A stretch of DNA of 64,000 nucleotides from Malacoraja senta (Eukaryota): positions 7,876,001-7,940,000 of the forward strand of contig CM075992.1 in assembly GCA_038087875.1 (NCBI GenBank), given 5' to 3'. Below, piece by piece: positions 11,263-24,089 of the stretch; positions within the stretch are counted from its first letter, which is position 1, and each line of letters starts with the position of its first letter. Under the pieces are notes generated by a model, which worked only from the letters and a program-made list of their open reading frames with translations, was not told the DNA's origin and made no database searches. The position numbers and the translations under genes are program-made.

Positions 11263-12504
11263 TTAGTGTGGATGTAATACTTCTCAACAAACATAAAACG
11301 AGGTCGATGAGAAAAACATTAAATGGAAAATAAAGTATTTCACTATTCTTACAACCTTGCCATGGGTTATTCAATAACATCCATACAAATTTTCAGTCAA
11401 GTGTAAGAGTATGCAGTTAATTAAATATGGATATAAACGCAAGCCTCCAGAAGACCTAATATCCTGTCACCCATTTCACAAACCTTATCAATAATGGAAA
11501 ATAAAAAAAGTACAAGCTTCATTTTCAATAGAACTACACTGCTTTATCCACTTTGTGCTCAATCCACTGCAGGGATGTTGCCTTGCTTTCATGAATCATA
11601 TTCTTCTGCAGTTCACAGCTCGGCTTTGACTGAAACAGATATAAATTGATAGAGAAAAACTGCCATGTAGTGTAATGTAGCTTGAAAACAAAATGCACAG
11701 GATTCATAAAGCACAACTGGCAAGAAGCAGTGATCTATGGAACAAGAAAATGAAAAGAGAAAAGTGTGGTAATCGGAGGGGGAGCTCTAGAGGACCCATT
11801 GCTACTAACAACTAGCCAAAAGAATGCAATATGTGCTGCATATATTTTTTATTCTATCTTACTTCAGCCTTAGGACTGACAGGGTGACTATGTTTGCAAA
11901 CACATAGGCTATTAATCACTGGCTGCTTGGGGTAGAGCTCATTCATTTCTGTCACTCTGTTAAACTCTCTCTGACTAGCTTGTTAGAACTGGGCCTTTCT
12001 TGGCTTTGTGGGTCAGCCTTTCCCACGCTTGTAGGTTGAGTACATTAAACTGCAGGGGCAACAATTCACATCCCCTGTGGCATATCGGAATATCACTTAT
12101 AGCTTCCCAAGTAAATATATCGAAAAAGGTATATCTATATAATTTTAGTCTTCCAAAAATGTAATCTCGGGAAGGTCTCATTTTTAGGTTTACTGCACGA
12201 TGAACATATTTTTCCACAAAACTAAAATATGAAGATAAATGTAATACTTTTTCCAAATTAATGGTTAAATACATGGTTCAACAGCAAAACAATTATGAAT
12301 TGCTTTACAGAATCAAAATGGTGCACCCGACTTTCTGTAAATCCATTTGGCATTCTTTACACTTCTCATTTGGACAAGTATGCATGGATCCATCATCACA
12401 CTAACGACCAAAGTGTATATAAGAATTCTGTGAGTTCTGAGAATATTTTCCTCAACTCGGGAGAACAATTTTCCGGTGTTTCGCTTAATTGCATTTGTAC
12501 AGTA

Positions 12505-12820
12505 TTGAAGCAGTTAGGGCTGCAGCCGCACCACTCTAGCCTACTAGTTCAACCCTGCCCATTGGTACTGTCTGGGAGCTTGCATGCTCTCCCTATATCA
12601 TGTTGATTTCTTCCTGGTTCCCCAGTTCTCCCTCACCAACATTTCAAAAATGTGCTAGTATGTTCATTGGGTACTGTAAGTTATCTCCTAAGCGGCAAAA
12701 GAATCAAAGGGACGTAGATGGCATGTGAGAGAGAATAGATTACGGGGAAAGCGGGGAAATGGGACCCATAGGCAGTTGCAAGAACCCAATGATCCAAATA
12801 GCTTCCTTCTATGTTGTGGA
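12505..12820 (+). mobile_element. Old V-SINE copy
   Basis: Decayed tRNA-like head and V-domain (gcttgcatgctctccct...cagttctccctc...). Confidence 0.5.
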
Positions 12821-13267
12821 CATTAAATATCATTAAAAGTCAATGCTTATCTATTTATGGCTGCTCAAATTTGGTTAATAGACAATGATCAGAAGTAACC
12901 AAATGCATTACTGATGTCAGTAAAACTTGACAAAGTTTATATCCAGGAGAAAACAAAATGCATATGCAGGTCGAGAGGGTGAGGTTCTTGGGAGGGAGAA
13001 AGATTTGTACAGGCTGAGACATTTACTTATATACTTAGAATTACTGCATAAATTAACAGTTTTCATCCTTATGAAACATGCTACATTTTCAAGTCATTTA
13101 GTACTTGGAAAGTCATGTTCAGAAATCATACCTAAAAGTCAGAAAATAACTGCCCAAGAATGTAGTAAAATATACATTAAGTTCTGCTTATTAAACAAAA
13201 AAAATGGAAAGGAACTCATCCTTTGGGTCATCTTAGACTAGCATGCAGCTGATAACTGATGAAGATG

Positions 13268-13712
13268 TTCAGAGACCTGGATTCAATCTTCACTACGGGT
13301 GCTGTCTGTACGGAGTTTATAAGAGATACGGAGTCTGTAAGAGATTTTTCGCCTTCCATCACAGTGAGGAATGTGGAGGAGTCACTGTGGTGGATGTTTA
13401 TATTAAAATGTGTTATGTGTGTTCCGTTGCTTTTTATTGTATGACTGACTTGGCAAATGAAATTCCTCGTATGTTGCAAAACATGCTTGGCTAATAAAGT
13501 ATTATTGTGATTGTGATGTTCTCCCTGTGACCGCGTGGCTTTTCCCCGGGTGCTCCGGTTTCCTCCCACAATCCAAAGACGTACAGGTTTGTAGGTTAAT
13601 TGGCCTCGGTAAAAATTGTAAATTGTCCCTAGTGTGTAGGATAGTGCTAGTGTACAGGGATCGCTGGTCGGAGTGTACTTGGTATGCCAAAGGACATTGT
13701 ATCTCCAAAGTA
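13268..13712 (+). mobile_element. V-SINE (HE1-like) interrupted by a retroposon tail
   Basis: B-box-like ggattcaatc, V-domain gggtgctccggtttcctcccaca...aaagac and a CR1-type tail. Split by the insert at 13320-13516. Confidence 0.85.
13320..13516 (+). mobile_element. 3' fragment of the GC-rich retroposon family
   Basis: Hairpin TCCATCACAGTGA...TCACTGTGGTGGA (13355-13394), aataaa and a (tgtgat)n tail. Confidence 0.7.
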
Positions 13713-15316
13713 AATCATGTTAAACCTGCAAAACAAAGGCTAAGTAATGGCAGGAATAATTGTGCAATTTTGTGTACCAGATAACAAAAATAATGACATT
13801 CAAACAATATTGATCCACTGATGTATAATCAGAAATATAAATTTAGAGTTAGGAAGAACAATTTTAAAAGTATGGCATTTTCCCAATGCAGCAGAAATGA
13901 TTGTGGGGATAAACACAAATTTGAATCATGAAATGTTAAGATAGATTGCTTTGAATGGTCGATAAGCCAGTAATAAGAGCATGCAGAATAATTATAAAAA
14001 CTGAATGGAGGTAAAAAGAAAAATCTCCGTTAAAAGAGTGGTGGAACATGGAATTGATTTTTAGTGGGAAACTGAACACCAAAATGGACTGGATAAGCCA
14101 AAAAAACTGTTCACAAGCTGCACTTTCTTGTAATTATACCTTTGCAAAGAAAATAATAGCTCAAGAAAAGGGAGGTCAGCTCTCCAAACACAGTCGTGAA
14201 ATGTCAGGTGCAAAACAATAAAACATGTAATATTAGTTGACTGAGCCATTAATTTCGAAATTACTCCACAGATCATTATTTTCAAGTGTATATGTTACCA
14301 ATGTTTTTCCAATAAATGTGCAATGTTTGTAATTTTATACAAATACATTTCTTACTGTCATATCCATAACAAATTAGCACAGAATATGATTGCTCACCAA
14401 AGGCAGACAGATTTTAACAATCTCTCAGATCTTAAAATTCCTTAGTATGCCATGGTTTTGAATATAAAACATGCAGCTTATTTTGGTCAAATATCTATGC
14501 TATAATTGCATTTGGTTACTATTGAAATTATTTCATATTTTACACTTGCTCCAGCATACACCAACCTAAATAATGTTTGAATTAGTAGTGCTCAATTAAC
14601 CTTGAAGTTACAATAATTTCTATAAGCAATAGACAGACAACCCATATTTACCATACCACTAGAGACACATAATAGTATTAGAGCAAAGGAACAAAAAACA
14701 TGGATCGGAAAAGAAAAACTAAATTGTGACCAGTAACATTTTAAGTTCCGAAGGAAATGCACAAACAAGAATTCCACACAGAAATAAGCACATTTTAAAA
14801 ATATAGCAACGTTCCACAAATCGTGAACCTTGTGCGTTGATCTCTTAAACTAATAAGCAATTTAAGAGTTAATGCATTTTTACATTTTAGTAACAAATGT
14901 TGACTTAAATGTCGGAAATTTGAATTACTCGTAAATATAATCTACTAATGAAATTTGCTTATGTTTATCATCAGTAATTAACTGTAGTTTAATAAAGATG
15001 TGCAGGATATCAGCCCTAATATTAAATCTAAGGATGTGGGAGTACTGAGGAGTTTAGTACTATTGAATAGTAGATCAATGCTTACCCTTTTCATAATTAT
15101 GAAGGCTTCATTCATTATCAACAAAATTGCTATGAACATTTAAATTTCAACACTCATGGTCTTACAAATGCCAACTCGGACAAATAAATTTGATTAGTGG
15201 CCATTTTTTTCTGGGTAGAAACTTATACTGAATGGAATTGCATCTGTATCCTTTTTTTTGGAATGAAGAGTCCTTAACAGCTTTCAATGATATGCAGGGG
15301 AAAAATAATTTGTCCT

Positions 15317-15431
15317 AGTTAGCGTGTGCGCGGGGGGGTAGTTAGTGTATGTGACGCCGCATGCTGCCCCCCCCCCCTCCCCGCAACCGCACGTTGGGGG
15401 AACAGACCCAACGGGTCTGCACTTGGTCTAG
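15317..15431 (+). mobile_element. Helitron-type 3' end (non-autonomous, 5'-truncated)
   Basis: Hairpin CAGACCC-aac-GGGTCTG (15403-15419), 8 nt, then terminal CTAG followed by T. Confidence 0.7.
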
Positions 15432-15879
15432 TAAGTACTAAAACTCTAAATTTAATCATCTATGACTACATCTAATGTACTGAAATGCATGGAAGGGTTT
15501 CTGATATTACATGTAAAGATAACATTATTACATGGTGCTATATACGCAATGGAAAGAGAAACAAAATTATTATGAAAACTTAAAACTTTGAGGTTCTTCA
15601 GTTAGTTCTTAACATGGATTTTTTTTAAATCAGCAGCTGGAATATATGACAACTTGAATACATATCATGCCACTGAAGAGCAAATGAGCAAAGCTCCAAG
15701 TGAAATACTCTAAATAAAAACTCCAATGTTTAATACGCCTCATACAATGTACATTCATCCTTTTATTTATTTCTCACTCATGTACGTTATTCTTTTTCTT
15801 CAAATATAAAGCTACACTCTTGCCCATGCCTCACCAAAGTCTCTTATTCACCAATGTAATGCTCCTGGCTTACCCTCCT

Positions 15880-16950
15880 TCACTCTTTGAACTAGGGTTG
15901 ATCCCCTGGTTTCATAGTGATTGTCGAGTTGAGTTTATGCAGGCCCAAGTGGTTGTAGATGTGGGCAAGTATAATTCCGCTGCTGCCGATGGCCCATAGC
16001 ACCTTATAAATGCCCAGTCCTGAGTTGCTAGATCTGTTACTGTCTACCTCATTTAGCAAGCTGGTAGAGCCACATGACACAGTGAAGTCCCCATAAGGAT
16101 TGTGCGGTATCACTCCTACCGATACCGTCGTGCACAGATGCCTCTGCAACAGGTAGATTGGTGAAATCAAAGAGTTTTTTCCACCATGTTGGTCCATCAA
16201 CACATGCTACAGACCCAACCTAACTGCAATGCATTTTAGCACGGCCAGCTCAGTCAGTAGAGGAGCCTCTGAGCCAGGCATGGTGATGGTCATTGTTGTC
16301 CCCCACCCAGAATACATTCTGTGCCTTTACTACTCTCCGTTTCTTCCAAGTGGTGCTCTACACAGTGTAGTACTGATTCATCAGCTGAGGGGGGAGATTG
16401 GTGGTAATCACGTGAGATTTTATGTGATCCAGAGTCAATGTTGCAGATTCCGAGTGCAGTTGCCTCCCAACTGTATAGTATGGTGTTACCACCTCTGCTG
16501 GGTTTGTCCTGGCCTGTCTTGTCTGGAACGTTGATTTTATAGTGTGATTCCGTGAGTATGACTGTGTCAGGCTGTTGCTAGACTAGCCTATGAAACAGCT
16601 CTGTTTTGACAAAAGCCTCCAGATATAGGACAGATTTTCCCATGATCATTTTCAATGCCTAGGTTGATTCCGGACAATCCTTTTGTATTTATTTTGTAGG
16701 CTTCGCACAGTGTACTAAAGGTGCTTGGTAATTTCGCAGGGCAGTTAAAAGTCAACAGCGATGCTGTGTGTCTGGTGTCGCATGTAGACCAGACCAGGTA
16801 AGGATAGCAGAGATACTTCCACATGGATCTTAGTGAACCAGGTGGGTCTTTACAACAACCGACAATGGTTTTTATGTTCTTTAATAGACATTTTAATTCC
16901 AGAATTCAAATTCAAATTTATCATCCTCTGTTGAAGCAGGACTCAAACAA
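15880..16950 (-). mobile_element. Old CR1/L2-group LINE 5' part (tRNA-like head and endonuclease region)
   Basis: Minus strand shows a B-box-like head (gtttgagtcc...aaatttgaatttgaa...cacctggttcactaa) followed by decayed APE-like coding sequence. Same lineage as 20838-22815 and 62100-64000. Confidence 0.55.
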
Positions 16951-17080
16951 ATTCATTTCCAGAAGTTAGGAACTATAATTTACATGTCAATGTTTCTCAT
17001 GGCTATTTATTGACTGATTGATTGAAAGATATAGTATGTAAACAGGGCCTTCAGCTCACCAGGTCCACCTGTTCGCACTA

Positions 17081-17398
17081 GTTTAGTTTAGTTATGTTTA
17101 GTTTGGAGACACAGCGTGGGAACATGCCTTTTGGCCCACCGAGTCCCTGCTGACCGGTGATCCCAGCACACTAACGCTATCCTGCGCACACTAGGGACAA
17201 TTTACTTTACACCAAGTCAATCAGCCTACAAACCTGTACGTCTTTAGAGTGTGGGAGGAAACCAAAGCTTCCTGGAGAAAACCCACACAGGTCACCGGGA
17301 GAACGGACAAACTCTGTACAGACAAGCACTCGTAGTCAGGATGGAACCCAGGTCTCTGGAGCTGTAACGCAACAACTCTACCGCTGCGCCACCGTGCC
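17081..17398 (-). mobile_element. Full-length V-SINE (HE1-like), nested in an older V-SINE
   Basis: Minus head ggcacggtggcgcagcggtagag (A box), gggttccatcc (B box), V-domain, CR1 tail and (aaact)n. The host copy is split into about 17010-17080 and 17400-17625. Confidence 0.9.
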
Positions 17399-17399
17399 T

Positions 17400-17625
17400 C
17401 CCCTATGCTATCCATTTTCATATTTACTCCCTGCGCACTAGGAAAATTTACGGAGGCCATTAACCTACAAACCCGCACATCTTTGGGAGGTGGAGGGATA
17501 CCAGAGCTCCCAGGAAACCCATAGGATCACAGGAAGGACGTGCAAACTCCATATAAGACAGGATTGGACCCAGGTCTCTGGCACTGTGAGGTAGCAGTTC
17601 TACCAGCTACGCAACTGTGCCGCCC
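17400..17625 (-). mobile_element. Older V-SINE 5' half
   Basis: Minus gggcggcacagttgcgtagctggtagaactgc...ctctggtatccctccacctcccaaagatgtg. Confidence 0.75.
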
Positions 17626-19266
17626 TTGCTAATCTTTGCAAAGAATGAACTCCTAAGTAAAATAAAATTTAACTTATTTTATATTGTTATTGTACTTTAC
17701 AAAAGCTGATGATTTGTGCAAGCAATCGTTTAAAAATATATCCATGCAGTGAAGATCTAAAACTATAATTAGGCATTCAGGGAAGAGGACTGATAAATGG
17801 TATAGCTCTGAAAAGCAACAGAGATCTGCATGTCAGAATTAATAGATTTGGAATCTAAAAGGGACACTGAGAATCTGCAGATTAGATTTATCTATCTTTA
17901 TTACAATATTTATAACAGAATAAGATCATCCTTCACAATGAATGTCAAAGTAAATACAAGCAGGGAAAGCAAACCGTCCGCAAGTAGAATGACAAAGCAA
18001 CAGTGTAGCATAGCCAACTCCAAATGCAAATTATACTCTTCTATATTATCGCAGGGCCTTGCAACCAAAGATACTAGAACACATGTTGATAAACTACACA
18101 GTTCAATGTTCTGCTAATAAAAATAGAATTCAAAATCTCACTATTTATTCTAAAATGATTTTGCTTCGCTTATATTTGAAATCAGTCAATAGTTTACAGC
18201 AAAATAATTGAAACCTAATCCATTAGTTTGAGATGTTTGTGTACTTTGAAGATCTACATTTTACTCACACTTATTATAGACTTACATTAAACACACATAT
18301 TTGTTTCATTAATATATATAGACATTCTATGTGAATACAAAATAATATACTACTTTAGGCATGTTTTCTTAAATATTTTGTGCGCAATGCCCAAAATATT
18401 TACGACAAATTTTACATCAAAACATTTCTTGCATTTGTTTGAAGAGATACTATACCTCTATTTACTAATTCTCTCCCTCTTGCAGCAGCACAACAGAATA
18501 CGTAAACATAGTACTCTGTAACGAAGCATCATTGCAAGAATAAGTGTATCACTAGAATGAAAACTAACATAATGGCCACTATTTCCAAATAATTAACTTA
18601 AGAGGTCTTCCAAGTCCTCCATTGTGATATAGTACAGTGTAAATGTATAAGATAAAAAGTCTACTTGCTCTGCCTAGCACGTTATAAGAACTCTTCACTG
18701 TTGAAATATGCAATATCGCAATTTATATAAAACAAATGTTAATCCTTGCACTGAAATCAATAGTACAGAAATCTTTGTTCAGAGTTAATGCAAGGGTGTA
18801 AAACTATAAACAAATACCTAAATGCATGTAAAGTTGCTTGAAGACAACATTAAAACAATGCCAATACATGGTGTTACTGCTCCAGCATGAACAACATTAA
18901 CCTGGTGCAGCTGTTTGCGCAGATTAAATGTGCAAATCCCCATTACAGGGAACTACCTGCCTATGCTTACGACTCTTGCTGGTGGTCAGCACCACATTTG
19001 CACCTGTGCAGCTTGACCAGCTCACTAAACATGCTATCCATGATGCGCTCAACATCATTATTACTCCATTGAGAGTCCATCTGCAGCTTAGTAGCTATAA
19101 AACAATAATATAATCTCACACAAGGAACAGTTGAGATGAAATTGGTTCTGTAAAAATCGGTAGTGAGACTTCACTTGGAGTGGTGTGTGCGGTTCTTATC
19201 TCCCAGCTATAGGAAGGATGCCATTGTTGTAAACAGTGTAACAGAAATTAACCTTATCCCTAACTA

Positions 19267-19355
19267 CTGAAGGGTCTCGACCCGAAATGTCACCCATTCC
19301 TTCTCTCCAGAGATGCTGTCTGTTCCCCTGAGTTACTCCAGCTTTTTGTGTCTAC
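19267..19355 (+). mobile_element. Penelope-like 3' end stub
   Basis: ctgaagggtctcgacccgaaatgtcacccattccttctctccagagatgctg...gtgtctac. Confidence 0.85.
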
Positions 19356-22107
19356 ACCTTTTTAATTAGTTCTTCACAAAATAGATCTTAATAAATAAAC
19401 TAAGTAGACAAAACAGCTGTCATGACAATAGGGTCTCAAACTAAACAGTTGTGAATAATATGTGTGGGCCTCCTCCTATATGGGTCATGTATATAAAAAC
19501 GATCTGAAATGTTAACCCCCAAAATAATAGCATTCACAAATAAAGTCTAGGAAAAAGAAAATTGTGAATATCTTTTCTTTGGTATATCATAGATACGCCC
19601 AAAAAAACATTACAGATGGAATATGTATAAAAGTTAGGGTGGTAAAAGGGCATAACAATAAGTAATAGGTCTGTCTCCTCATTAAGAAATAGGAGAATAA
19701 TGGACTAGGTTTAGCTTGAAGAAATTATTTTCATTCCTCCATCATTCCCAAGGGAAATTACAATGCACAAATTAACATTGGATCCAAAATAGGTAGTAAT
19801 ATTGAACAGTCATTGGTCTCACACCATGAGAAACAGCTGTAGCTTCTGAGGAATAGTCATTAAAATAATTAGCAATGTTTAACTAGCAGCACAACAAAAC
19901 AGTCCTGTGATAGATGTAGCATAACTGAAGCTGCCAGGAGTGAAGTTGCTCTCCCACTCATGCCCACCATTTTCACAGGCTCCTGGAGATCCTACAGCCT
20001 AACTGCCGATAAGTTTAAAACAAAACTTTACAGAGTAGATTTAGAACAGAATCAATTATTATAATTGACATTACCAACAGTGGAGAAGAAACTCTTCACG
20101 ATCAGCTGCCAGCTGCTCATATCTTGCCCCGAGATTGGGAAAGAATTACAAAGAAACAAATCCATAATTTTCTAAAATAAACTGCTCTACCAAATGTTCT
20201 CTCCTCTCCAGTAGATGACAGTTTGAGATTGAGGTCCATGCACCCAATGACTAAACAGACTCTAATGACCGTTTAGAGGCATTAGAGTCCAGGTCATGTT
20301 ATGCTACTGCTGCTGTCTGATACTCTTGCCATTAAATAGTCCAAAACACAAAAAGACAAAAGAATTGTACCAACCGCTTTTAATCCATAAATAACCAATG
20401 AATATGAGAAAAATAATTATTAAGCTAACATTTGAACATACAATATTACAGAAACTGGAGATTTTGGCTTCCTTGAAGAACAAATGAGCAGTTCAACAAT
20501 GTATTTGAAAGAATAAGCATAAAACCAATGCTATATTTTAAGGCTGAATACAAAATGATGCAAAAAAACTGTTCATTGGGAGCAGGGCAAAACTGTTAAT
20601 GGGCATGATGATGGAGGAAGGTATTTAAAAATGACACCATGTTACAGAATTGATACAAAGGTCCAAAAACACTGTTTATCAAGAAAATGGAAAACTAATG
20701 ATATGTAAGAGATAAAATGTAGGAATGCCAAATTAAATAAAATAATTCTTACAGATACCAAAAATAGCAAAAAGTAACAAAGCAGATCAAAATGGTCACA
20801 AAAAGGGAATTAAAAAATAAAAAATCCTGCAAGGGATTTTTATTTGTTTTGGGATTTAGACATTGCTGTCAGGAGCAACCTTGATTACCCAAACCTAAAT
20901 GACCTTAAGAAAGTGATGGTGAGTCATCTGGTTGAACCTCTGCAATCCTCTGGTGAAGGTTATCCCAGTGTAGATTAGTAGGGAATTCCAGGTTTTAGAT
21001 CCAGCAATGGTGAAGCACCAGTTATATATTTCCACGTTAGGATAGAATGTGACTTGGAAACAAAAATGCAGCTGGTTTTGTTCTCATTAAAGAATACAGA
21101 TTTGGGGGTACTATCAGAGTAGCCAAGGCAAGAAACTGCAGAGTATTGCAGCCAATGACCCATAAGTCTTCTATATTATGGCTGGTATGTTGTCAAAGCT
21201 CATAATCCTGCTGGATCCAGTACTTTCAGCTACTTCTTGATATCATTTGGAGTGAACCAAATAGCCTGAAGACTGATATATGTGATGATAGAATTTTGGA
21301 GGATGTCACAATGGTTAATTCATTCAAAATTTCTGACTGAAATAGTTGTAAATGCTTCAGCCTCATCTCTAGCATTCACGTGCTGGGCCTCACCATCACT
21401 GAAGATTCTTGCTGCTCCTTATCATTTTAGTGGTTTAAATGATCACCAGAGTTTACAACTAAATGCTCTACAACTGCAGAACTTTGAACAGATCCCGGAG
21501 TTGCACTTTGATCTGTCTTTTGAACACTGTTTAGCATGCATGTGGTCTTGTGTTGCAACTTCACTGGTCTGGCATCTTATTTTTTAAGTACGGCTGATGC
21601 TGCTTCATTCTGCTCTTACTGAACAAGATGTTGATCCCTTGTCTTGATAGTAGCGGTCAAATGAGGGATGTGGCAGACTGTGAGGTTACATATTGATGGT
21701 GAACATATTTTCTGCTGCCGATAGTCTACAGAGCCTGCTAAAAATTTATATTCCATTCAGCATGATTGTAGTGCCACATTACACAACTTAAAGTGACCCT
21801 CGGTATGCATATAGGACTTTGTCTCCACAAGGTGAAAACAAGATCAAGTAGCTTCATTTTTGTTTTGTTTTGAATTGCTTACCAGCTGTTGCAGATCTAG
21901 TCTGGCAGGGAGTCTATTCATGGCACAGCCATGTCAGTCACTATGACACTGGCAGACTACTCCTGGTGTTGAATCTTGAAGTGTCTTAATCAGTGTCCAT
22001 TTTATATTCCTGTTTGTTCTTTCAGTACTTCCTCCAAGTGTTAGTCAGCATAGAATAGCACAGATATAAAAAGATGGCAGATGATAATCATAAGGAGCTT
22101 ACTTGCT

Positions 22108-22623
22108 AAACCAAGCGTAGGCTTGGCGATCGTTTCGCCGAACACCTCCGCTCAGTCCCCATTAACACCAAGCATAGGCTTGGCGATCGTTTCGCCGAAC
22201 ACCTCCGCTCGGTCCGCATTAACCAATCTCCCTGTGGCTCAGCACTTCAACTCCCCGTTCCATTCCGAATCCGACCTTTCTGTCCTGGGCCTCCTCCATG
22301 GCCAGTGAGCACCACCAGAAATTGGAGCAGCAGCACCTCATATTCCGCTTGGGCAGTCTGCACCCCAGCGGCTTGAACATTGACTTCTCCAATTTCCGGT
22401 AGCCCTTGCTGTCTCCTCCCCTTCTCAGCTCTCCCTCAGCCCTCTGGCTCCTCCTCTTCCTTTCTTCTTCCCCCCCCTCCCCACCCTACATCAGTCTGAA
22501 GAAGGGTTTCGGCCCGAAACGTTGCCTATTTCCTTCGCTCCATAGATGCTGCCTCACCCGCTGAGTTTCTCCAGCACTTTTGTCTACCTTCGATTTTCCA
22601 GCATCTGCAGTTCCTCCATCAAC
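22108..22623 (+). mobile_element. Penelope-like element 3' portion (GIY-YIG C-terminus, 3' UTR, hammerhead), 11-bp TSD
   Basis: Translates across small frameshifts as TKRRLGDRFAEHLRSV...LPVAQHFNSPFHSESDLSVLGLLHG...KLEQQHLIFRLGSLHPSGLNIDFSNFR* (stop 22402). TSD gcttacttgct at 22097-22107 and 22624-22634. Confidence 0.92.
22496..22523 (+). ncRNA. Minimal hammerhead ribozyme motif (PLE type), intact core
   Basis: CTGAAGA-A-GGGT-TTCG-GCCC-GAAAC-GTT: CUGANGA box, extra A, 4-bp stem II with a UUCG loop, GAAA box, palindromic loop-less stem III and a GUH site. Helix I pairing is short. Confidence 0.7.
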
Positions 22624-22829
22624 GCTTACTTGCTTATGTTTGACCTGATGCGATGAGACATCACGAGGTCAGAAATCAATTTTGATGACTTTAAGAAGGA
22701 CTCTTTCATTTATATGTACCACTGTGCCACCATCTCTTGTGGGTGCATCTTGCCAAAGGGATATTGTCTAAAATATGATTTCACTTGTACAATAATGTTA
22801 GGCTGTTGCTTAATAAATCATGGAATCAT

Positions 22830-23095
22830 ACTGCATGGAGACAGGCCTTCAGCCCAACTTGCCCATGCCAACCAAGTTGCCCCATTTACACTAGTCCCAC
22901 ATCCCTCTAAATCTTTCCAAGCCATGTAACTGTCCAAATGTCTTTAAATGTTGTTATAGTACCTGCCTCAACTACCTCTTCTGGCAACTCGTCCCATATA
23001 CCCATCACCCTCTGTGTGAGGTCCATATAGCCAATGTCTACGGCTTTGCCCTCATCTACCTTTTTAGTTACTTCTACAAAGTCAATGAGATAGAT
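22830..23095 (-). mobile_element. CR1 3' fragment
   Basis: gcatggagacaggccttcagcccaac...cctgcctcaactacctcttctggcaactc is the reverse of a CR1 tail. Confidence 0.75.
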
Positions 23096-23557
23096 CTCCT
23101 AAGTTAATCACCTGGCCCATATGTTTGTAAGAATGACTTTGCATTGTTGACTGAGCTGCAGTTGTCAAAATCAATAACATTTAGTACAATTAAATAAAGA
23201 AGAAAGCTAGTTGCATAATATTTGCTCTTTCAAAATGGATAAATATAAATAAGGAATTGTAGACAGGTTATCCATCGTTATCAGACTCGTATGCTAAGGA
23301 TGAATTCCTGATTACATGACAATAATAAACCTATACCAATATTTACTTTGGATCAGTTAAAATAGATTGCATACCAGACATCAAAATGAAGCCAATGTTG
23401 AATCAGATTTATATTTAAGTAAACTGACAACAATGAAGAAAATGCTCAGCCAGATCGTGCTTTCATACAAAACCAGCAATATTTAGCTACTTGAATGTAT
23501 TAAATCCCAGACCCATAAGCATACTCTGTCATTTCAAGTCCAGGATTTACTCAAATA

Positions 23558-24089
23558 CAGGTAGTTCTACTATAATTCGATAGTTGTGATCCTAAGAAAC
23601 TTCACAGTAAACCATATTATAAGGACAATTGTATCAAATGGGGAAAAGGGGGATTTGAGCTTGGAGAGTTTCAGACTCATAATCAGTTATTTTTCCCCAC
23701 ATGATTTTCAAAAATAATATTTTCAATGACAATAAGTTTATTATTGCAAGCGCAAAATGCTTTATGTTACATTATTTAAAGGTGTATCATTGCACAAATG
23801 CCAATACCAGTGATTCCTTGTCAATTTCAATGGTTACCCATGGTTCCAGTAGCAGCTGTTGATCCTAAGAGACAATGGTGTCTGATTACTGCAGCAAGGT
23901 TTTCTCCTATACTGTTTAAATCAAAGGCAGCTTTATTTCTGCTTGTCAATTTACAAAGCAATTTTTAAGTGATTCTCTAGTTCCTGATCAGAATTGCATA
24001 ATAGTCAATTCAGCCAGTGTAATGGCAATAGTGCTCCCTAATCCATTACTCACGTTAAATCCCAATTCTTGCTATAGCAGAACTACCGA
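23558..24089. mobile_element. Possible old Tc1/pogo-type MITE
   Basis: Imperfect inverted ends ta|caggtagttctactataa and gctatagcagaactaccg. Confidence 0.35.

Larger units (their letters stand above)
20838..22815 (-). mobile_element. Old CR1/L2-group LINE fragments (interrupted by the PLE at 22108-22623)
   Basis: Decayed reverse complement of the lineage at 62100-64000 (e.g. gttgtaaatgcttcagcc, tggagtgaaccaaatagcctgaagactga). 3' end lies near 20840. Confidence 0.6.

Noticed and set aside
11613..11629. KAEL-stop (ER-retention-like) reading after the 11630 acceptor
   Set aside because: Only five codons and no upstream exon in that phase identified; likely chance.
22110..22223. Direct repeats resembling a CRISPR array (also 8037-8090, 31275-31395)
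   Set aside because: Tandem units without unique spacers inside eukaryotic transposons, and no cas genes.
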